From an uncultured Xanthomonas sp. (GTDB lineage: Bacteria > Pseudomonadota > Gammaproteobacteria > Xanthomonadales > SZUA-5): a DNA stretch of 51,779 nucleotides. Every line of letters begins with the position of its first letter. Position 1 is the first letter of the stretch. The translations under genes were made by a program, and so were the position numbers. Location: assembly GCA_964561825.1 (NCBI GenBank), contig CAZLSB010000003.1, positions 1 through 51,779 of the forward strand, read 5' to 3'. Positions 1 to 8,690 of the stretch are shown one piece after another. The notes under the pieces are model-generated. The model did no database searches, was not told the DNA's origin, and saw only the letters and a program-made list of their open reading frames with translations.

Positions 1-3
1 AGG

Positions 4-1254
4 TCAATCGCTGCGCAGCGCCGCGATGGGGTCCAATTGCGCGGCTTGGCGCGCTGGGTAAACGCCGAAGGCCAAACCGACGGCGGCGCACACGGCGGCG
101 GACAGCAATACTGGCAACGGTGCCCAGGCGACCGGCCAGCCGGCGAGGGCGGCGATCAAGTAGGCGATTACGCCACCGAAGAGCAGGCCGAGCGCTGCGC
201 CGATCGCGCAGATAAGCGCAGTTTCGCGCAAGAACTGGTCGACAATATCGCGACGCCTAGCGCCGATAGCGCGCATCAGGCCGATCTCACGACGGCGTTC
301 CAGCACGTTGGCGAGCATGATGTTCATGATGCCGATGCCGCCGACCAACAAACTGACGCCGGCAATCGCGGCCATCACAAAGCGAAAAATGCGCTGCGTT
401 TGCTGGTGTTGACGGTACAACTGCGCGGGCACGATCAAAGTGTAATCGTCCACGCCACTGTGCCGCTGATCGAGCACGGCGGCGAGCACTTTGGACGCCG
501 CCACAATGCCTTCTGGGTCCGCCAAGCGCAGCCAGAAGCGATCAATCTCGTCTTCCATCGGCTGAAAACGCAAACGCGCGCGCGCACTCGCCAAGGGCAC
601 AAAAACGCGATTGGCTTCCAGGCCCAGTTGCACGCCCTCGAACTGATCCTTGGCGAGATCGCGATCGGCCAGCACGCCGACCACTGCAAACCAAGCGTGG
701 TTGATTTTCACCGCTTGCCCGATGGGATCAACGTCCCCGAACAGCGTGCTTGCGGCCTGATAACCGAGCACCGCGACCGCCGCTAGCGCCGTTTCATCGT
801 CCTCACTGAGGGCGCGCCCTTGAGCGAGTTTCAGACTCGACAGCGCAAAAAACGCCGGGTCGACCGCGCTGGCCTGCACGTCGCCACCGGCCAACATGCC
901 GTACACCTGATGCGTGCGAATTTCTTTTTCCGCGGCCACTTGTTCGGCGCCGGGCACCACGTCGAGCGCGGCGCGCGCGTCGGCGCGGGTTAAGCCCAGG
1001 CTGCGCAGACGGATCTCGCGCAGCGATTCGAGATCCTGCGGTTTGGCGCGTACGATCAAATTGTGCAAGCCCAATTCTTCGACCAGTGCCAGCGCTTCCA
1101 GTCGCGAACCCTCGCCTACACCCTGCATCGCGACAATTGCGCCAACGCCAAAAATCAGCCCGAGCAGCGTCAGCCCGGTGCGTAACTTGCGCCGCCACAA
1201 CTCGGCCAGCGCCTCGCGCCAAATGTGACCCAGACCCGCATCTTCATGCTTCAT
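4..1254 (-). CDS. ABC transporter permease, MacB/FtsX family
   Basis: 416-aa ORF. It has an N-terminal TM helix (LTLLGLIFGVGAIVAM), a large extracytoplasmic insert, and a C-terminal FtsX-type TM block (GGIGIMNIMLANVLERRREIGLMRAIGARRRDI). It overlaps the upstream adaptor gene by 4 nt. Confidence 0.85.
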   Translation of the reverse strand: MKHEDAGLGHIWREALAELWRRKLRTGLTLLGLIFGVGAIVAMQGVGEGSRLEALALVEELGLHNLIVRAKPQDLESLREIRLRSLGLTRADARAALDVVPGAEQVAAEKEIRTHQVYGMLAGGDVQASAVDPAFFALSSLKLAQGRALSEDDETALAAVAVLGYQAASTLFGDVDPIGQAVKINHAWFAVVGVLADRDLAKDQFEGVQLGLEANRVFVPLASARARLRFQPMEDEIDRFWLRLADPEGIVAASKVLAAVLDQRHSGVDDYTLIVPAQLYRQHQQTQRIFRFVMAAIAGVSLLVGGIGIMNIMLANVLERRREIGLMRAIGARRRDIVDQFLRETALICAIGAALGLLFGGVIAYLIAALAGWPVAWAPLPVLLSAAVCAAVGLAFGVYPARQAAQLDPIAALRSD

Positions 1255-2450
1255 GGCGCAGTTCCGGCAGTTGGGGTGAGCACCACCGCATCACCCGCTG
1301 TCAGGCCTTCCAGCACCTGGGTGCGTGCTAAGCCGCGTTCGCCCAGCCGCACGCTGCGTTCTTGGCGCTGACCGTTTTGCCACACAAACACACGCGCGGC
1401 GCCATCGTTGGAGACAATCGCGATATTCGGCACCGACACGCCGTCATCGACACGCAGTGCGTAGACGCGCACCGACAAGGTTTGACCCGGTACTAAACCT
1501 AAGCGGGTGATGTCCTGCGCCGATACGGTGGCCTTCATGCGCAGGAATTTGATCGGGTTATTGCGACTGATCGGCTGGGCGGCGGTAGCCACCCAGGTCA
1601 AGCTCGATGCAATGCGGGGTTGCGCGCGCCCCAGCGGCGTCAATTCCAGCGCCGCGCCCACCTTGATGCCGGCTGCATCCAGCTGGGTCAGCGCGAACTG
1701 CACTTCCATGGCGCTCTCGTCGGGCAGACTGCCCAGTTCTTGCGTGGCCCACAGCATTGACCCGATGCGCGGCTTTTCGCCAGACCAATCGGCAGTCAAC
1801 ATCAACAAACCGGCGTGCGGCGCGACCAGGTCCAGCGCCTTCAAATCCTCTTCGCGCACCTTGGCGTTCAACGCATGGGTTTGTCGCTGGCTGTCCAATA
1901 CGGCCAATTCGGCGGCGCCACGTTCGCCAGTTTGATCTTTCTTCCAGTCTAGGAATGTGCGCTTTTCGCCCAAAAAATCGCGATCTTGGATGGCGTCCAA
2001 TAACTCGTTGCGCGCAATCATCAGCATTTCTGCCGACGCGTAGCGATCAGCGATCGCCAGATCAGTGCCCACTTGCGACATCTCGGCACCGATGCGTGCC
2101 TCACTACCGTCGAGCTCGCTCTCTTTGGCAGAGCGCAGCAGCGTATTGCGCAGCAGTTGCACGCGCGCTTCGGCCAGATCGACCTCACTGCGTTGCGCCG
2201 AAAAACGTGCGATGACCTGACCCGCCTTGACCGGCGTGCCTTCCGGCAGCATCCACACCAACTGGCGCTGCGCCCAGTTTTTGCCCGGCACGGTCAGCGG
2301 GGTGGCTTTCGACGAACGCAGCTCACCGAGCGTGTCGATAGACAACTCCAGCGGCTTAGACTGCACGTGTTCCAGCGGTGGGGCGAGGTCCGCCACCTCG
2401 GCGCAGGCGCCGAGCGCAAGTATCGGCAGCAGCAATACAAGGCGCTTCAT
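1251..2450 (-). CDS. HlyD-family periplasmic adaptor (membrane fusion protein), probable lipoprotein
   Basis: 399-aa ORF. Its signal peptide ends in LGAC, the same lipobox-like motif as Pal in this window. It has a lipoyl-like motif (PVKAGQVIARF), a central coiled coil and a C-terminal beta-barrel-like segment. It overlaps both neighbouring genes by 4 nt. Confidence 0.8.
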   Translation of the reverse strand: MKRLVLLLPILALGACAEVADLAPPLEHVQSKPLELSIDTLGELRSSKATPLTVPGKNWAQRQLVWMLPEGTPVKAGQVIARFSAQRSEVDLAEARVQLLRNTLLRSAKESELDGSEARIGAEMSQVGTDLAIADRYASAEMLMIARNELLDAIQDRDFLGEKRTFLDWKKDQTGERGAAELAVLDSQRQTHALNAKVREEDLKALDLVAPHAGLLMLTADWSGEKPRIGSMLWATQELGSLPDESAMEVQFALTQLDAAGIKVGAALELTPLGRAQPRIASSLTWVATAAQPISRNNPIKFLRMKATVSAQDITRLGLVPGQTLSVRVYALRVDDGVSVPNIAIVSNDGAARVFVWQNGQRQERSVRLGERGLARTQVLEGLTAGDAVVLTPTAGTAP

Positions 2451-4342
2451 GATGACTTCTCCTGCAGCAGTTCTACGCGCACCGGTTGGCCGGGTTTTAG
2501 CCCGGCGCCTGCGGGAATGGCATCAAATTCGATTTCCACATCGACCACCGGTACGGGTTTCACCCGCGAGCGCGAGCGCACCACGCGGCCTACGCTCGTG
2601 ACGCGCCCATGCATCGCTGGCGCCGCACCCCCATCAAACTCAATGCGCGCGCTTTGCCCCAAACGCACCTCGCCGACTTGCCGCTCGGGCACCTGCAAAC
2701 GCACCGCGAGACGTTGCATATCGGGAATTTGCGCGATCGATTGGCCGCGGAAGATCTGATCGCCAATATCGAATTTCTCGCCCTGGTTATTGGATAAATG
2801 CAACATCACGCCGGGGCGCGGCGCTTTGACGTTGAGCTTGCCTATGCCGGCGTCGATCTCCTGCACTTGCGCCTCAAGTTCGGCGATTTCCGCCACAATC
2901 TGCGCGCGTTCGGCCGTGCGCTGGCGGGCGGCCAACTGCTCGCGGCGCTCTACCAGCGCCATTTCGACCTCCGCGAGGCGGCGTTCAGCGGCCAGCTTTT
3001 TGTAGTCGTTCGCGGCCGATAAGGCTTCCGGTTGTTCGGCTTTACGTTGCGCTTTGGTCAGTTTGGCGCGTTGTTCAGCGGTGGCGATCGTTTCGGCGCG
3101 GCTGCGCTCGGCATGTTCTAGTTGCATCTTGTCCAGCAGCATCTGTTTCTCGTTGAGACTGCTGCGTTTTTCGTTCAACTGGCGGGTTAATTCGTTGCCG
3201 TCAAACGCGGCGACCACTTGCCCAGCGGTGACGGCGCTGCCATCGGGCACCAACTGGGTCAGCGATAACATCCAAATATCAGGGACTTCCGGCGGCGCGA
3301 TCGGACTGGCGTCACGCGCCATGATTTCGCCTTCAATGCGTTTGCTTTTCGCATTTTGCGCCACACCGACGTCTGCACTTGGGGTCAATGTGATGCGCGC
3401 GCTGGCGCCAGGGCGCAGCACCGCGCGCGCGTTGGCATCCAGTTCGACGGCGATATCCACCTCAAAATAGCGGCCTTCGCCCCATTCGGCCTTGCTCGTC
3501 GGAGCGCCGGCGATTTCCTTGATGCGCGCCGGCAGCGCGCGGCCAGGAATGGCGTCAAAGGTCACGAATGCGGGCTGATCGACCTTCAGCGCCGCCCGAT
3601 CGACCTCCAGCACCCAGGCGCGCACGCCGAGTTGGCTGGCATCTGCATCGTCGACGATCTCACCCACACGATTACCCGGATGAGCCTGCGCGCCTTCGTC
3701 ATAGCGGGTGCCGCGCCAGGGGTCAAAACCGTGAACGACCACGCCATCGCGCTCGGCGCGTAATTCGGCGACATCCACTTGCGTTTGCCAATAATCGATC
3801 TGAGTTTGCAATTGGCCTTGCTCAAGGCGCCCGTCGTCGCGGCGACGCTGGGTGGCGGCCAGCGCGGCCTGCCACTCGCTGGTTTTGACTTCCAAATCGC
3901 GTCGCGTGCGGGTCAGTTCACCCTGGTAGCGATCATGGTCCAAGCCAGACAAAAAGCGCGCCGGGATGCCGGCATCCAAGCCGGCTTTGGCCAATGCCAG
4001 CTCGGCATTGCGCAAAGCGCGCTCGGCATCGATCGCCCGCACTTCCAACTCAGCGATTTCTTTATCGGCGCGGGCCAGCGCTTGCAGCAGTTGCGAACGA
4101 AAATTACGAATGCTGGTCGCCGCCCCCGCGCCATCGATACGCAGCACCACATCGCCCTTGCGCACGCGTTCCCCATCGGCCACATAACTGCGCAATACCA
4201 CCGGCGAGTTCTGCGAAGGCGGCGTGCGCAATGCTTGCGCGCCGATCGAATACACCTCGCCCGACAACAAGGGCGCAGCGTTGACGCTCATGGTCGCGAT
4301 CAAAAACAAACTTGCGATGACCGGATGCAGAGAATTAACCAC
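2447..4342 (-). CDS. Tandem-duplicated HlyD-family adaptor (two membrane-fusion-protein units in one polypeptide)
   Basis: The ORF extends to 4414, but a GTG at 4342/4339 overlaps the stop of the ATPase gene and precedes the signal-like segment LHPVIASLFLIATMSVNA. There are two successive lipoyl-like motifs (GERVRKGDVVLRIDG and GSAVTAGQVVAAFDG). Each is followed by a long coiled coil and a beta-barrel-like segment. Confidence 0.7.
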   Translation of the reverse strand: MVNSLHPVIASLFLIATMSVNAAPLLSGEVYSIGAQALRTPPSQNSPVVLRSYVADGERVRKGDVVLRIDGAGAATSIRNFRSQLLQALARADKEIAELEVRAIDAERALRNAELALAKAGLDAGIPARFLSGLDHDRYQGELTRTRRDLEVKTSEWQAALAATQRRRDDGRLEQGQLQTQIDYWQTQVDVAELRAERDGVVVHGFDPWRGTRYDEGAQAHPGNRVGEIVDDADASQLGVRAWVLEVDRAALKVDQPAFVTFDAIPGRALPARIKEIAGAPTSKAEWGEGRYFEVDIAVELDANARAVLRPGASARITLTPSADVGVAQNAKSKRIEGEIMARDASPIAPPEVPDIWMLSLTQLVPDGSAVTAGQVVAAFDGNELTRQLNEKRSSLNEKQMLLDKMQLEHAERSRAETIATAEQRAKLTKAQRKAEQPEALSAANDYKKLAAERRLAEVEMALVERREQLAARQRTAERAQIVAEIAELEAQVQEIDAGIGKLNVKAPRPGVMLHLSNNQGEKFDIGDQIFRGQSIAQIPDMQRLAVRLQVPERQVGEVRLGQSARIEFDGGAAPAMHGRVTSVGRVVRSRSRVKPVPVVDVEIEFDAIPAGAGLKPGQPVRVELLQEKSS

Positions 4343-5012
4343 GGCGCTCGTCTCCCTCGACACGCCCATCGCGCAATCGCACATGGCGCAGTGCGTGGGC
4401 AGCCACATCGGCATCGTGGGTCACCAATACGATCGTCTGCCCCTCGGCGTGCAACTCGCCAATCAAACGCAGTACGTCGGCGGTACTTTTTGAATCCAGG
4501 TTGCCGGTCGGTTCATCGGCGAGCAGCAAACGCGGCTGACGGATCAGCGCACGCGCAATCGCCGCGCGTTGCTGCTGACCACCCGACAGTTCGCTAGGCC
4601 GATGCGTCAGCCGATCAGACAAGCCCACGCGATTGAGCAGTGCATGCGCACGCGCGGGTGCGTCGGGGTCTGCGCTGCGCGCGTAGCGCAGCGGCAGCAA
4701 CACGTTTTCGAGCACGGTGAGGCGCGGCAACAGGAAGAAACTTTGAAATACAAAGCCAATTTTGCGACTGCGCAATTCGCTGACCCGCTCATCATCGAGC
4801 GCGGCCACCACTTCGCCGTCCAGCCGGTAAGCGCCGCTTGAGGGTTGATCCAAGCAACCGAGCAGATTCAACAAGCTCGACTTGCCCGAACCCGAAGGCC
4901 CGGTGACCGCCACAAATTCACCGGCGGCAATAGCGAGGTCCACGCCAGACAGCGCGCGCACCTCCGTGCCGCCCATGTTGTAACTGCGGGTGACCGCGGA
5001 AAGCTGGATCAT
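4335..5012 (-). CDS. ABC transporter ATP-binding protein (MacB/LolD-like)
   Basis: Walker A is GPSGSGKSS, the ABC signature is LSGGQQQRAAIARAL, and Walker B is LLLADEPTGNLD. The start at the MIQLSAV methionine (5012) fits the usual N-terminus of this family. The ORF track extends to 5048. Confidence 0.9.
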   Translation of the reverse strand: MIQLSAVTRSYNMGGTEVRALSGVDLAIAAGEFVAVTGPSGSGKSSLLNLLGCLDQPSSGAYRLDGEVVAALDDERVSELRSRKIGFVFQSFFLLPRLTVLENVLLPLRYARSADPDAPARAHALLNRVGLSDRLTHRPSELSGGQQQRAAIARALIRQPRLLLADEPTGNLDSKSTADVLRLIGELHAEGQTIVLVTHDADVAAHALRHVRLRDGRVEGDERRG

Positions 5013-5255
5013 CCTAGAAACCTCAGTTGACCGCTTCTCAATACCCATAGCACCATGTTTTTTTTGGCCTTTCAGCCGCTTGACTCGTTCACCCGTTGGG
5101 TGAGTACGCTACGGGGCAGATTGCACGGTTCTGGCTGCGCATGGCTGCGTTGCAACTCGTTGGAATAGAGGAGCTATTCCGCCTCATTGCGCTTATGCCC
5201 TGCACACCCATAACCGCACACTCTACCCCGTCCAACTGAGGTTTCTAGGATCATC
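5007..5255 (-). repeat. Long-range inverted repeat enclosing a roughly 200-nt structured leader upstream of the ABC operon
   Basis: The arm at 5011-5029 (atcctagaaacctcagttg) is the exact reverse complement of 5233-5251. The match extends to 23 nt with one mismatch (5007-5029 versus 5233-5255). Nested complementary segments are 5112-5130/5212-5230 (imperfect), 5162-5168/5174-5180 and 5089-5094/5098-5103. The left arm contains the GAGG SD and the ATG of the ATPase gene. Confidence 0.75.
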
Positions 5256-5346
5256 TTTCTGGACTATTGAGCGGATACCGTCAGAGCGACGTAGGATGCC
5301 GGAGTTCCCTTTGTAAGGAAATGTCGCGACTCGCAAGATGCTTCGA

Positions 5347-5613
5347 TTAGTCCGGCCGCGTTTGCTGCTCCAAGGCGGTCAACATCGCCATGGCTTGCGC
5401 GCGCGATGCCCCGCACATGCCTGGCTGCGGTCGCAAATTGACGCAAACGGCCGGACGTTCTGGCAGACCGAACAAACGGCACCGACCGAGTGCATCCAAT
5501 TGCACGCAGGGCACGCCAGCGGGTTTGCCCGCGGGCATGCCGGGGATCGGGCTGCTGATCGACGGCGCGATACAGCAGGCGGCGCAACCAACGCGGCAAT
5601 CCAACTCAGCCAT
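5347..5613 (-). CDS. YkgJ-family cysteine-cluster protein (small Zn/Fe-chelating domain protein)
   Basis: 88-aa ORF with the cysteine pattern CRVGCAACC...C...C...C...C. It overlaps the aroE stop by 8 nt. Competing ORFs in the other frames look like GC shadows. Confidence 0.65.
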   Translation of the reverse strand: MAELDCRVGCAACCIAPSISSPIPGMPAGKPAGVPCVQLDALGRCRLFGLPERPAVCVNLRPQPGMCGASRAQAMAMLTALEQQTRPD

Positions 5614-6424
5614 GCACCACGGTTGCTAGCGCCGCCAACACCGGCGCGGTGTTCGGGCGTACACCACGCCAGCGCTGAAAGGATTCCGCCGCCTGCTCCA
5701 CCAACATACCCAGACCGTCAAACGCGGTAGCGCCGGCCGTGCGCGCGCGGGCCAAAAACGGGCTCGCCGCGGCACCATAACTGAGGTCATAGGCCACGCT
5801 ATCGGCATCCAGCAAAGCCCCGGGCAATGCAAAGCCGCCACCGCGAAATGCGGAACTGGCGTGAATCAACACATCCGCGCGGCCCACGCTGGCTAAATCA
5901 TCCAGCGCCCAAGCCTGCACCGTGCCGAGCGCGCCGGATTCCAGCGCCAACTGCAAGGCGCGCTCCGGCGTGCGATTGACGATGACGATCTCGCGCGGCA
6001 GCGCCGCTAGCAGTGGCCCCAAAATGCCACGCGTGGCGCCGCCCGCGCCAATAATCACGATGCGCCGAGCGCCAACAAAAATGCCCAAGCGATCGAAATC
6101 AGCGATCAATCCCAGCCCATCGGTGTTGTCACCGCGCCAGCGTTTGCCCGACAGTCGAATCAGCGTGTTCACCGCACCGGCGCGCGCCGCGGTGTCGCTC
6201 AACTCGTCGCATAAGTGAGCCGCTTGGGCTTTCAACGGCAGTGTGACGTTAGCGCCCTGCCCGCCCTCCTCGCCAAAGTCCCACAGCGCCAACTCAAAAT
6301 GCTCCGGCGCGGCGTCGATCGCCTCATAGCTCTGCTCAAAACCAAACTGCGCAGCAAACTGCGCATGGATCCACGGCGATCGCGAATGTGCAACCGGATG
6401 ACCAAACACGGCGAAACTCAGCAT
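5606..6424 (-). CDS. aroE: Shikimate dehydrogenase
   Basis: The N-terminus FAVFGHPVAHSRSPWIHAQFA is the typical AroE substrate motif. It has the NTD motif (GDNTDGLG) and the Rossmann loop IIGAGGATRG. Confidence 0.9.
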   Translation of the reverse strand: MLSFAVFGHPVAHSRSPWIHAQFAAQFGFEQSYEAIDAAPEHFELALWDFGEEGGQGANVTLPLKAQAAHLCDELSDTAARAGAVNTLIRLSGKRWRGDNTDGLGLIADFDRLGIFVGARRIVIIGAGGATRGILGPLLAALPREIVIVNRTPERALQLALESGALGTVQAWALDDLASVGRADVLIHASSAFRGGGFALPGALLDADSVAYDLSYGAAASPFLARARTAGATAFDGLGMLVEQAAESFQRWRGVRPNTAPVLAALATVVHG

Positions 6425-6442
6425 CTTGCGTTTACCGATACC

Positions 6443-8656
6443 TTAGGGAATGGGCTGCGCGGCAGCGTCTACTGCGGAACTCTTGCGGGTCACGCCTAAC
6501 TCGTCCAGCAATGCCTCTGCGTGTTCTACGTGCTCAAGCAGCCACAACAAATAACGGATATCCACGCTGATATTGCGTGATAACTGTGGGTTAAAACCAA
6601 AATCGCCGGCGACATTTTCCCACACGCGATCAAAATTAATGCCGACTAGTTCGCCGTAGCCATTCACCATCGGGCTGCCGGAGTTGCCGCCGCTGCTATC
6701 GCCGTCGGCCAAAAAGTTGACCGGCACGTGAATGTTGTCCGATTCAAACCCATGGGTAGGATCGCGCAGCGCAGCCAAAAGCGCTGCGGGTAACGCGAAT
6801 GGCTCTTGACCTGTGTGTTTTTCTAAAGCGCCAGCCAAACTGGTAAATGGCGTGTAATAGACGCCGTCGCGCGGCGCATAACCCTGCACGTGGGCAAAGC
6901 TAATGCGCAATGTCCCGTTAGCGTCGGGTGCAATGGGCTTACCGGCAAACGCGCGCATGGCGCGACGCCAAATCGGCCGATGAATACTGCTGACGCTATT
7001 CCATTCGCGCTCACGCTGCCGCAAAGCGCGCAAATCCGTATTCCAGGCGATCGCAAAATCGAGCAGTTCGTCTGGGCGGGCCTGCAATGTGCTCAGATCC
7101 TCAGCCAGCATGGTTTCGCGGGCATCGATATCCAGCAATGAACTTTTTTCGTACAGCTTGGCGATGGCGGCATTCAGTGCCGCGCCGGAGAGTTTTGCGA
7201 ATCGACTATCGACCGCGTTGATGCGCTGATCGTCTGGCAAAGCCAGTGCGCGTTTGACCAAGGCCGCAAAAACTAGCTGATCGGCAGGGGCAAAATAGTT
7301 TTGCTGTTCCACCCGCAAACGATCGCGCAAGCGTTGCGCATCGACCGCTTTGAAACCGCTTGCGCGCGCCGTGTCTGCCAGGCTTTGTTCGCGTGCGTTG
7401 TGCGCCAGCGTGGCGCCGAAATACAGTGCTTTGGGCAAAGGCGGGATGCCACCGGCGACTGATTCCACCCCCATTGGAATGAGGTTCAACAGAAAATTCC
7501 GCTCCCAACTAAGTTCGCGCTCGGCGAGTAGCTCGCGCAGGGCGGCCCGCGCAGCGATAGCGGCGGCGTGTTCGGGCTGCGTGCTGGCCCAGCCGGCCAG
7601 CGCCTCATCTTGCGCCTGCTGCTTGTTTACGATTAGACCGCGATCTAAGCCGGCGATCTGCCCCTGTGCATTTTTGTAGCGATTGAGAATGCCCTTGACG
7701 TTGGCCGCTAGCGCAATTTCGCCTGCGGCATTGCCGGCACTGGCTTTCTCCAAATGCGCGATCCACTCACCAAACAGGTCTTCGCGCCGCACAAAAAAGC
7801 GTTCACGGCGTTCGCGCATTTCGTCGGCAATTAACGCGCGCCAAGTAATCCCTGGATAACCGAGCAGCATGACAAAATCGTCTTTTTTTAAGCCGCGCGT
7901 AGAAATCGGAAAATAAAACTCCGGCTTATACGGGCGATTATCCTCATGCTGATCGGCTGGTTTGCCTTGTGCGCTCGCATAGGCGCGCGCAATGGCAAAA
8001 TCGCCGGTATGCCGCGGCCACATCCAATTATCGACCTCACCACCATATTCACCAATGGCACGCGGCGGCGCATACACCAAGCGCACATCACGTAATTCGG
8101 TCGATTCGATCAAGGTGTATTGCACGCCCTCGTCAAATGCCGAGACCTTGCATTTGGTATCGGCTTGCCGCTGACATTCACTCACCAAACGCTGTTGTTT
8201 CGCCTCAATAGCAGCCAAACGTTGGAGTGGCTCGGCATCGGCTGGAATGGCGGCGCGAATTTGCGCAGTTACATCGGTAAATCGCCGTGGTATTTCCACC
8301 CGCAAGCTCGTGCCGGCGAGTTCCTCTTCCACTTTGCGGGCCAGAAAACCGTGGGTGATCAAATCACGCTGCGGCGTACTGTGTTGCGCAATCAGCGGAA
8401 ACAAACAATGGTGATTGGTGATAATCAGCCCAGTCGCCGACACAAACGCGCCCGAACAACCGGCGACGTTCACCGTGCCTGCCAACAAACCGGTACCGCG
8501 TTTGCCATCCCAGAGTTCGGCCGGCGACAATTTTAGACCCTGCTCGGCAAGCCAAGCCGGATCAATTTCCAATACTTGGCCCGGCGTCCATTTGCCATCC
8601 AGAGCCAAGGCGGGTGTGGCGACCAGCGCCGCGAGTAACAAAGTTAGGGTTTTCAT
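6443..8656 (-). CDS. S46-family serine peptidase (dipeptidyl-peptidase 7/11-like)
   Basis: 737 aa with a signal peptide. The catalytic His context is GCSGAFVSATGLIITNHHC. The catalytic Ser context near the C-terminus is GGNSGSPMVN. This layout is typical of S46. Confidence 0.85.
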   Translation of the reverse strand: MKTLTLLLAALVATPALALDGKWTPGQVLEIDPAWLAEQGLKLSPAELWDGKRGTGLLAGTVNVAGCSGAFVSATGLIITNHHCLFPLIAQHSTPQRDLITHGFLARKVEEELAGTSLRVEIPRRFTDVTAQIRAAIPADAEPLQRLAAIEAKQQRLVSECQRQADTKCKVSAFDEGVQYTLIESTELRDVRLVYAPPRAIGEYGGEVDNWMWPRHTGDFAIARAYASAQGKPADQHEDNRPYKPEFYFPISTRGLKKDDFVMLLGYPGITWRALIADEMRERRERFFVRREDLFGEWIAHLEKASAGNAAGEIALAANVKGILNRYKNAQGQIAGLDRGLIVNKQQAQDEALAGWASTQPEHAAAIAARAALRELLAERELSWERNFLLNLIPMGVESVAGGIPPLPKALYFGATLAHNAREQSLADTARASGFKAVDAQRLRDRLRVEQQNYFAPADQLVFAALVKRALALPDDQRINAVDSRFAKLSGAALNAAIAKLYEKSSLLDIDARETMLAEDLSTLQARPDELLDFAIAWNTDLRALRQREREWNSVSSIHRPIWRRAMRAFAGKPIAPDANGTLRISFAHVQGYAPRDGVYYTPFTSLAGALEKHTGQEPFALPAALLAALRDPTHGFESDNIHVPVNFLADGDSSGGNSGSPMVNGYGELVGINFDRVWENVAGDFGFNPQLSRNISVDIRYLLWLLEHVEHAEALLDELGVTRKSSAVDAAAQPIP

Positions 8657-8690
8657 GGGATGCAGTATAAGCGTGCCGGTGCCGACCTTC

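Noticed and set aside
37-786. 249-aa plus-strand ORF, and many similar long ORFs antisense to real genes. Examples are 3779-4597 (+), 16877-17839 (-, 320 aa), 26716-27579 (+, 287 aa), 37663-38535 (-, 290 aa), 44576-45688 (-, 370 aa) and 48929-49870 (-, 313 aa).
   Set aside because: These are typical GC-rich shadow ORFs. They fully overlap genes that have clear family motifs on the other strand. Their translations are Arg/Ala/Pro/Cys/Trp-rich with no motifs, and they have no plausible RBS.
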